Of a DNA stretch of 64,000 bases, positions 39,701 through 46,239 are shown piece after piece. The stretch spans positions 1,612,001-1,676,000 of the forward strand of contig NW_026262667.1 in assembly GCF_021869535.1 (NCBI RefSeq). Direction: 5' to 3'. A model generated the notes under the pieces. That model saw only the letters and a program-made list of their open reading frames with translations, was not told where the DNA came from and ran no database searches. The DNA comes from Mytilus californianus. Lineage: Eukaryota. The translations under genes and the position numbers were made by a program. Every line of letters starts with the position of its first letter. Position 1 is the first letter of the stretch.

Positions 39701-39710
39701 CAGTTACCAT
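3466..39710 (-). CDS. Spliced gene (11 exons in window, 3' end beyond window): secreted LPMO-like (His-brace) / 2xEGF / DOMON protein
   Basis: Exons 39710-39557, 38687-38614, 32612-32515, 31849-31707, 27721-27626, 25829-25707, 21123-21032, 15196-15127, 5724-5432, 4983-4925 and 3740-3466 total 1477 nt (492 codons + 1 nt). All junctions are GT-AG, phases match at all 10 introns, and the joined frame has no stop. Confidence 0.9.
4925..4983 (-). CDS. Exon 10: PATDVYMGWIDNGQAVVSD (DOMON-2)
   Basis: tctttcag acceptor, CG|gtatga donor, phase 0 to 2; M-P-x-T-D-V-x-x-G-W and D-R DOMON motifs. Confidence 0.9.
5432..5724 (-). CDS. Exon 9: FRSGCQYFP + Pro/Glu linker + start of DOMON-2 (…WLAIGFSDDKTM)
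   Basis: ORF track 5381-5749; attttag acceptor, ATG|gtaaga donor, phase 1 to 0; linker built of short GAACCT/GAGCCA repeats. Confidence 0.9.
6222..7282 (+). mobile_element. hAT-type MITE (1061 bp)
   Basis: 14-bp TIR CAAGGCTTCCAAAA / TTTTGGAAGCCCTG (1 mismatch); perfect 8-bp TSD GTCTCTAC at 6214-6221 and 7283-7290; no coding capacity. Confidence 0.9.
7940..8230 (+). mobile_element. Penelope-like reverse transcriptase fragment (degenerate)
   Basis: ORF 7950-8171 contains YRDDGFMVF…FF…AN…LKFTYE, typical of the PLE RT C-terminal region (pattern recall). Confidence 0.6.
8540..10310 (+). mobile_element. Pearl/HINE-like element, family B
   Basis: Starts CAAGAGTGCACACGCTGAAATGTCTCGCC; tandem cores AACCATGAAAATGAGGTCAAGGTCA; ends (GCC)n + hairpin + GCTCGACAAAAA; inverted copy at 62880-63947. 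Confidence 0.75.
13083..13463. mobile_element. MITE with ~24-bp terminal inverted repeats
   Basis: AGGTTGGGGAAGATCCTCATAAAT / ATTTATGAGGATCTTCCCCAACCT are exact reverse complements; TSD not clear. Confidence 0.75.
15127..15196 (-). CDS. Exon 8: NDEIEMVMRVKSTTWIGIGWRPS (DOMON-1 N-terminal strands)
   Basis: gttttag acceptor, A|gtaagt donor, phase 0 to 1; DOMON-type E-I-E...W-x-G-x-G-W motif. Confidence 0.87.
16897..18044 (+). mobile_element. Family A element (nested), with ~500-bp internal tandem duplication
   Basis: ACAAGAGGCTCTCAAGAGCC … CCGGTGAGCTAAAAA; the block starting near 16935 is repeated near 17435. Confidence 0.8.
18230..19802 (+). mobile_element. Family A-related element (nested)
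   Basis: ACTAGAGGCTC…GTCGCTCA … (GACG)n … GGCCAGGTGAGCTAAAAA. Confidence 0.75.
21032..21123 (-). CDS. Exon 7: SAVAEKITDFSSYKKTELSPEFNLFHKILP (start of DOMON-1)
   Basis: ctttttcag acceptor, CCA|gtaagt donor, phase 1 to 0. Confidence 0.82.
21574..21650. repeat. 23-bp minisatellite, ~3 copies
   Basis: CATAGATACCAGTAACATACAAA repeated in tandem. Confidence 0.9.
21858..24564. repeat. 68-bp satellite array, ~40 monomers, inside intron 6 of the minus-strand gene
   Basis: Monomer ATTGAGTAGATACTGAGTAAACATCCAATAAAGTTAACGAGTTATCATGAGATGTACCTGGAAATATC; period measured from GAGTAAACAT at 22081, 22149 and 22217. Confidence 0.97.
25707..25829 (-). CDS. Exon 6: EGF-like module 2 (DCLTNEDCHNHGVCTQLDTTFYPRQQCFCDRGWHGRHCQH)
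   Basis: Six Cys in EGF spacing with CxCxxGWxGxxC; ttatag acceptor and A|gtaagt donor, phase 1 to 1. Confidence 0.9.
27626..27721 (-). CDS. Exon 5: EGF-like module 1 (4 Cys; NVPNRRCGSHTDMGSMCMCNRTYSGKQCTFK)
   Basis: tttcag acceptor, G|gtcagt donor, phase 1 to 1; C-x-C-x5-G-x2-C signature. Confidence 0.85.
27863..28143 (+). mobile_element. Short pearl/HINE-like element, family D
   Basis: AACAAGAATG…GATGCCCC start, (GACG/GACA)n tract, 3' hairpin ATAATGCCC…GGAGCATAAAAA; related cores at ~25850-26930. Confidence 0.6.
28194..28412. mobile_element. Degenerate MITE with TIRs
   Basis: CTGTGGATTCATT…AATTTTCAT / CCATGAAAATT…AATGAATCAACAGTA imperfect inverted ends. Confidence 0.55.
28885..29400. repeat. 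~160-bp tandem core repeats (about 3 copies) of a non-autonomous element
   Basis: Recurrent CCATGACTGAGGGG…GAGATGTGCCAATGC…AAACTGACCTAATCACAAACTAA units. Confidence 0.65.
31707..31849 (-). CDS. Exon 4: ILSHQITLPNTECRNCSIQLIRQAGEWTTGNCGDYIFYSCADVNILP (end of LPMO-like domain)
   Basis: ttgcag acceptor, T|gtaagt donor, phase 2 to 1; CxxC and F-Y-S-C-A-D-V motifs. Confidence 0.9.
32515..32612 (-). CDS. Exon 3: GGYRIALLDHNEQEVQVFTSTQNGRYTGANDP
   Basis: Pyrimidine tract + tag acceptor, AC|gtaagt donor, phase 0 to 2. Confidence 0.87.
34478..34645. mobile_element. Interspersed repeat family E (SINE-like), partial copy
   Basis: ATTGAGAATGGAAATGGGGAATGTGTCAAAGAGACAAC… near-identical to 37140-37428; inverted partial copy at ~2770-2890. 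Confidence 0.7.
35240..35375. mobile_element. Small GC-rich MITE
   Basis: CAGAGGTGGATTTAG / CTGGATCCACACCTG imperfect TIRs. Confidence 0.55.
35655..35712. other. CAGAGACATATA mini-palindrome (58 bp) with 7-bp TSD CTATTGC
   Basis: TSD at 35648-35654 and 35713-35719; internal duplicated filler; right arm lacks 2 bp. Confidence 0.8.
36490..36692. repeat. 24-bp minisatellite, ~8 copies
   Basis: TTAATGCTTCAAGGTCGTTAATTC units; explains the LILNASRS ORF. Confidence 0.92.
37140..37428. mobile_element. Interspersed repeat family E (SINE-like), longer copy
   Basis: Shared with 34478. Ends …CCTGACTTGGGACAGGCGC…GCGGGGTTAAACATG, resembling a conserved mollusc SINE central domain in reverse (recall); no tRNA head seen. 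Confidence 0.65.
38290..38460 (+). mobile_element. SINE-like 3' fragment
   Basis: …GTTGTCTCATTGGCAATCATACCACATCTT; related tails at ~55380-55420 (+), ~30200-30240 (-) and ~5160-5250. Confidence 0.6.
38614..38687 (-). CDS. Exon 2: GLGPVTDLLTEETINVQWHTAYPHK (second brace His)
   Basis: caacag acceptor, AAG|gtttgt donor, phase 1 to 0; His of PHK at 38619-38617. Confidence 0.88.
39557..39710 (-). CDS. Exon 1: signal peptide + mature N-terminal His (MVTGITSLIVFTLCTFSGVAG|HIALKFPPARKYAFDFMDNIRTIAPCGIPK)
   Basis: aaaATGG start; hydrophobic 21-aa leader ending V-A-G; His codon at 39647-39645; donor G|gtaaat, phase 1. Confidence 0.88.
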
Positions 39711-40864
39711 TTTGTAAACGATCCACACTCTTTTTGAAAAATAACTATAAATATCCAATAAGAGAAGTCTTTATGGTAAACTATACATGTAAGACTAGTT
39801 GTTTAGTTTGCTTAGTTTCCACACACTGACAGCTTTTTGATTTGTACTGACCAGATATATTTTTGATTTGTCTAGTAATCCAACCACGTGACATTAATTG
39901 AACTATGAAGGTATTGTGAATAAATCATCCATGGTAAAATAAATATACGGTAATGAAAATGAATATATACATGTGCGAGGTCATGTTTAATAAAAGGATG
40001 AAAAGAATATAATAATGTGTTTAACTTTCGTTCAAAATATAGTCTCTTATATTTTCTTTGCTATTAAATCAACTTGTTTTTAAAGTAACTGGAGTTAGAG
40101 AATCAGATAAATTGAAGTTTTGCCCTTTAGCAATGGTGTCAAACTATTATGGATTTACCTATTAAGGTCGATAATGATTAAGAATAAATACAACAATGTT
40201 TATTGTAGCATTTATGAATATATATTTATGTAATAACAATATCATAATATACAGTAAAAGTGTCCGTTTTTCTCCGTTTTTGCTTGACCGTATTTTCCTC
40301 ACCACTGAGTTAATTTTGATAGTCCCATCGAAACATAATTTAAAACAAAAAAACTTTTAACTAAACTGCTGAAGAAGAAAAAAAAGAATTTGGTTGAGGA
40401 AAGTCGATTGTTTTGATTTAGTTTTTTATTTCCGAAAAAGTGCTTTCAACTAACTTAATCAACAAAAGATAACAAGGGAGGTGAAATAAACTGGAATGTG
40501 ATACCAGTAACTTGGACTACAGAAGTAGAAGAGGGTGGTGGTCATGGACAAGAAGGCAAGAATTCTATATTTTCAAAAAGGGGTCCACTTAGAAAAGGAA
40601 ATTCGAATCCAGCCTTATTTTCGTAAGTTTTACGTGATGTGGTAAATAAGAAGAAAGAGGTTACACTAATGCTCATTGCTATCGTAAATGCTGAAATGGT
40701 GAACAGTACGAAAATTCATGGCATCCCGCAATACTCAACAAGCGTACATTTGCAAAAATGCAAAATTGTAAATACTTTTCTCGAACGCACTTTGTTACTT
40801 TGTAAAGTTCCTAGTCGAAATATTTTTTTTAATCAAACTCTTTAATCGAGTATACATGTATCCA

Positions 40865-41555
40865 TTTTTGTCCAGCCTGCAACTTTTGTCGCCAAAGCGA
40901 GACATAGCGATCCTACATTCAGTCGTCGTCGTCGGCGGCGGCGTCCACAAATATTCACTCTGTGGTTAAAGTTTTTTTGAAATTTTGATAACTTTCTTAA
41001 ACTATCCTGGATTTCTACCAAACTTGGACAGAAGCTAGTTTATGATCATAACATAGTATCCAGAATTATTATTATCTTTTTTAAATCATCTGTTTATCCA
41101 TATTTTACTTATAAATTGACTTAGTTTTTCTGCCATGCAGTTAACATTACATTCACTCTGTGGTTAATGTTTTAAAAATTTTAATAACTTTCTTAAATTA
41201 TCCTGCATTTCTACCAGACTTGGACAGAAGCTTGTTTATGATCAAAAGCTAGTATCTAAAAGGAAATTTTGTAAAAATTTATTTTCTGTTTTTCCGTATA
41301 TTACTTATAAATGGACTTTGTTATTCTTCCAGTTAACGTTAACATTACATACAGTCTACAGTTAAAGTTTTTAAAACATTAATTAGATTCATAAACCATC
41401 CTGGATTTTTACCAAACTTAGACAGAAGCTTCTAACAATCAAAAGATAGTATCTAGAGGAAATTTTTTAATATTTTTCCCCCATTTTTGTTGAGCCTGCG
41501 ACTAACAGCAAAAGTAGGTGAGACACTGGGTTCCGCGGAACCCTTACGAATTTTT
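40865..41555 (-). mobile_element. Pearl/HINE-like element, family C
   Basis: Same ends (GCGAGACATAGCGATCCTACATT…; GAGACACTGGGTTCCGCGGAACCCTTACGAATTT) and cores as 53613-54469. Confidence 0.8.
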
Positions 41556-42639
41556 ATCTATAAAAGACTTCCGATACAATATGCATTACTATAATTACCC
41601 AGACCAAATATATATACCATTCGGAAAAGCTAGCCAGTGTTGGTGTAAATGTTCGAATGTCTTGTGATTCATAAACACAAACAGTGTAACACTAATTACA
41701 ATTATAGATAAAGAAAATTGACAAAACTGTTGTTTGCTTAATGACCAGTGGCAAATATTTTAGGAAAATTAAGGACGAAAACCGATAAACAATAGACCCT
41801 TATACCAGGTGGTAAATTTTGACGGTCCCTGGAAAACGAGGGAATGCTGGATATGGTTCAAATTGCAGAGAGCGTAGTACTCACCTTACACAGTGCATGG
41901 TGGCGTGTTTATACATCCCGCGCAGCCAAATGGATGCATCACTTTAGGGTTTTACTGCCAGAGTGAATAGGATTAGCCATATTTGTATACAATAGTCAAC
42001 TATTGGGGTTAAAGACTAGTCAGCTGTCTTCTAATTTTACTGCTGCGTAGGAGTAGACAAAAAAGGGGGAATTCTGAAAGTAACAAGCAAAAAAAAAGTA
42101 ATAATAAAAATAACTTCTATAGTCTCATAGTCTAATGGTGTTCAGTGTCCTCTATCATTTTCATTTTTTATTTGAAATATATATAATAAAAAAATGACAA
42201 TTTGTCAAAAACATAGCCCTCCCCAAAACCCCCACCCCCACCACCGGCTTATTCGCACCTGATTTTCTTATGTATATATGTTGATTGTTTTTATCTTAAC
42301 ATCTTGTCGAGTCATGAAAAAAAGGTCCCAACCAGCAGGTAGGCTCTGTAAATTGGAATGGTCCTCGAACGGATAAAGTTGGGAATTCCTTCGAAACAAA
42401 AACGACGATCTACTGTTTAACATTTGAATTCTACCTAGCAGTTGGTCATCAACGTAATCCTCAGTGAGTTGTTTTAAACATGTCATTATTGTGTCCAAGA
42501 AGAAAATCATTCAAAACTTTGTTTATCTGATATCGGACTTTAGACTTGTGAGGTTTTATTTTATTTCAAAGATTTTCTATAATTTATGCTTAATATTTTC
42601 TGATAGTTTTATTTAGACTTCAATAATCGTTGTGTTTTG

Positions 42640-43030
42640 AATAACTTACTTAAATTTCATTTTATTTCAGGTTACTTGTCTTTTTATATAACTTTTCGCC
42701 GACAGACTGTTTGAATAACTTTGGTCTAAGGTTCTAAATTTAGCCGTAAAAGGATCAAAGGAATCCCATATTTCACATCCATAAAGCAAGATAGCTTCGA
42801 TTAGTAATTTGGTATGTCTCTGGTTTGATGGTGTGGACAAAAACATGGTAAACCACGGTAGTAATTTATATTAGTTTGTAGATGAAGGTACAAGGATGTA
42901 TAAAAGATCTTTCTGTAATTTGACTTTTTCTTTTATACCTCAAGTCAATTTTCTGATATGGTTCACTTTGAACATAGGAAAAGATTCCCGAGGCACTAAA
43001 GTATACACCTAGATAATTGAAATATTGTAT
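42640..43030 (-). mobile_element. Degenerate LINE RT fragment (second family)
   Basis: IQYFNYLGVYFSASG followed by a frameshifted TIKP…WG-like segment. Confidence 0.5.
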
Positions 43031-43062
43031 CAGAGGCATATAACAAATATTATATGTCTCTG
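43031..43062. other. CAGAG(A/G)CATATA mini-palindrome (32 bp), flanks ATTGTAT/GTTGTAT
   Basis: 12-bp arms with 1 mismatch; 7-bp flanks match at 6 of 7 positions. Confidence 0.75.
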
Positions 43063-44650
43063 GTTGTATACAGTTCATCGACGACATCACGAGGAACCTT
43101 GACAATGGACAACAAACAGACTGCCTCATCATGGATTTCTCGAAGGCATTCGATAAAGTAAGCCACAGTATCTTAATCCATAAACTTGATCATTATGGAA
43201 TCAAAGAAAAAACAAATGCTTGGATAAAAGGCTTTCTTTCTGATAGCAGCGCATGGTCATGGAGGGGGAGAAGTCTGACATCATAAATGTAGAGTCCGGA
43301 GTCCCGCAGGGATCATTACTGGGACCGAGCCTCTTCCTTTTCTACATAAATGACATGCCGGAAAACATTTCATCAACAGTGAGGCTATTTGCAGATGACA
43401 CCATTTCATACCTCACTGTATCATCAGAAATCAACAGTCTACAAGAAGACCTCAACAAGCTAGCCTCGTGGGATGAAAAATGGATGACGCAGTTCCATCC
43501 CGATAAATGTGTTGTTCTGCCAATCACCAAAAAGAAGGAAACACTACACCGAAATTACATCCTCCATGGCCACAACTTAGAACATGTATCATAAGCCAAA
43601 TATCTGGGAGTCACCATAACATCTAATCTAAAGTGGGGCGCTCATATAAACAACATCTGTCTTAAAGCTAATAGGACAATAGAATTCCTTAAACGAAACT
43701 TAAATATAGCAAACAGTGAGATCAAGGAAAAGGCATAAACAGCTTTAGTAAGACCAACAGTTGAATATGCAAGTTCAGTATGGGATCCTCACCTACAAAA
43801 AGACAAGCATAAACTAGAAATGATACAAAGAAGATCAGCAAGGTATGTAACAAACAGGTACCACAACACATCATCAGTTAAATCTATGCGACAAAAACTA
43901 CAATGGCCAACACTAGATATATATATAGAGGAGAGAAGAAAGAACGCTAGACTACCCCTCTGATACAAAATTTCGAATGAGGAAGTGAAGATTGATGCTG
44001 GCGACAAACTGATACCACCAGACAGATTATCAAGACATACCAACGTTCACTCTTTCCAAATACCATCTTGCAAGACCAGCATCAGGAAAGAGTCCTTCTA
44101 CCCAAGAACGATAAGAGATTGGAACACCTTACCTGCCTCGGTGACCGCTGCAAAAAGTCTTGACTCGTTCAAGAGACTACTGCATGCACGTTAAATTTTA
44201 AGTCCCATGTTTTTATTTGCACCGTGTATAAATGTTATGTACAGCACAAATTTGATTTTTCATTTCTGTTAAAACTATTTTAGACATGTCAGGTATGCAA
44301 GCGCACACCAAACAGTGACAGGATAGCCGTAGATTGTGCTTTTCACTGCACGTGGGCAGAAATAACAGTTCTTAACGCTTTGCCTAGTAGCAAGAGAAAG
44401 GGATTAAGGGCAGCCACCCCTCTGTAAAATATTGTTCCTATACAAAAAACATAATCATTAGTAACTTATGGGGTTTTTTAACGACCTTTACTGGCTATAA
44501 AGCCCTCACACGGTCGGTTCATTAGTAAATAGGACAATTGTAATTTATATCCTACTCCGTTTATTGGAGGTGGTCCTATATAGGACGGATCTACTACAAG
44601 ACAAGACAAGATAGTCAGCCACTTAGTGGTAGAAGTAGAAGTAGAAGTAC
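43063..44650 (+). mobile_element. 5'-truncated, inactivated CR1/L2-type LINE
   Basis: RT motifs DFSKAFDKV, GVPQGS, FADD, WDP; a frameshift near 43245, in-frame TAA stops and a (TA)n expansion; (TAGAAG)n tail at 44629-44649; clearly diverged from the 46277 copy. Confidence 0.9.
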
Positions 44651-44709
44651 ACTCCAGTTTATATTCCTTTATATCAGTGTGACCAGAGACATATAACAGA
44701 GAGATATGC

Positions 44710-44870
44710 ATATAATAGTCATATTGTATTGCAATTGTGTATTTAAATTCTATGTATCTATGCTAATCAATGTTCTTTTTCCTTATATATGTATTCTCTA
44801 TATGCCCCTTGTGGGCCCTTAAATGGTAATAAATATATCTTATCTTATCTTATCTTATCTTATCTTATCT
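44710..44870 (+). repeat. Probable LINE 3' end with (TATCT)n tail
   Basis: TATGCCCCTTGTGGGCCC hairpin, AATAAA, then ~7 TATCT units; a similar GCCCTTATGGGGCC + (GATTT)n end occurs at ~52345-52390. Confidence 0.5.
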
Positions 44871-44875
44871 TATAA

Positions 44876-44900
44876 CAGAGACATATATTATATGTCTCTG
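44876..44900. other. CAGAGACATATA mini-palindrome (25 bp) with 7-bp TSD CTTATAA
   Basis: Perfect 12-bp arms with a 1-nt centre; TSD at 44869-44875 and 44901-44907. Confidence 0.85.
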
Positions 44901-45954
44901 CTTATAATAATATTCCGAATATTCATAGTATGGCATGATGGTTAATTTTAAGACGGGATGTATCTGCAGATTTCAGTTACAGTAACAGCTACTATTTGGC
45001 AGAATATATGCATATTTACGTTTAAATTTCACAATTGGGTGAAGTTTTAACTTTGTTTAATTTTTGAAATCATACAGTTTAGATTAATTTAAAAATTCCC
45101 GCGCTTGAAAGAACAGGTGCCCGATGGGAGACAACTCTGAAATTTCCGTGTTGTTGTCAAAGACGCCATTTTCTACATAGAAAGATGAGTTGAGTCTAAA
45201 AACATGGGAGCAGGAGCCAGTTCTAATCAAACAGTTGGAGTAACTGCAAATCCGAGAGTTCTTTATTCAGACCAGCTTTCTAAAAAAGAGAAAAAAGTAC
45301 TTATAAACTAGAGTTTAGAATTAAGCATGTTATTGTTAAGGTTCATCGTCTTGACTTAACCCCATTACTCGGCATTAGTCTAAATAATTATGATGTCTCC
45401 ATACGTAGCAATATCAAACAGTAAAACAAAAATTGCTTGCCAAGACCTCATAACTACACGGGCTACACTTCCATATGATAATTTCGGAGTAGGTATGTGC
45501 ACAGGCACTTCAGGAATGGACCCCCCTTTTTCTATATTTGTGGACTATTTTTTTTGTGTATAAAATATTTAAAACTAATATTCCTTAATATTTATTTTTT
45601 TTTCACTTAATTAATGCGTTCTTACTCTTCTCCTTATGATATTACAACAACAGTATTTTATATATGATGCCGCTCCATTTAGGAATAGAGGGGCCTCATA
45701 ATTATGAATATGACAGACAAATGGGGTTTTCATTGTCCATAAAATTTTACATATAATGGCACCCCTTACTGAAAAATCATGCACAAAAAATAGTCTACAA
45801 ATCAATAAGGTAACAGAAATACAAGAGAAACACAGGTACCACACCGTGTATTCCGATCCAGAATCCATGGAGGGATCAGAATCCAGAGGGGCAATTACCA
45901 AGACTGCAACAAGGTGGGTAAGTTAAATCTAGATCGGATTCCCAGATAGAGGTG

Positions 45955-46173
45955 TGCGCATGCGCCGAAATCATTCGTATCCTTTTTCCACTGTAAGAAA
46001 ATTGTTTGTATCCTTTCGAAAATTAATTTGATTTATTTACAGAAGGGTAAGGTAGTTCCATTATCCAACCAGAAAAACTTCTACATAGAAATCATATCCT
46101 ATCATCGTCTCCCAACACTGAAATCCTCGATCAAAGTGTGGGTACCTATGTAAACAAAGAACAAAATGGCGGC
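45955..46173 (+). promoter_or_regulatory. Putative promoter elements: NRF1-type TGCGCATGCGC (45955-45965) and YY1-type CAAAATGGCGGC (46162-46173)
   Basis: Exact motif matches in otherwise AT-rich DNA, just upstream of the LINE ORF; the transcript they serve is unknown. Confidence 0.35.
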
Positions 46174-46239
46174 AATTACGAAGTAAAATATTTTTGACAG
46201 ATCGACAGTCAATCGGAAGTTAAGCAAGGTGTGTAGGTG

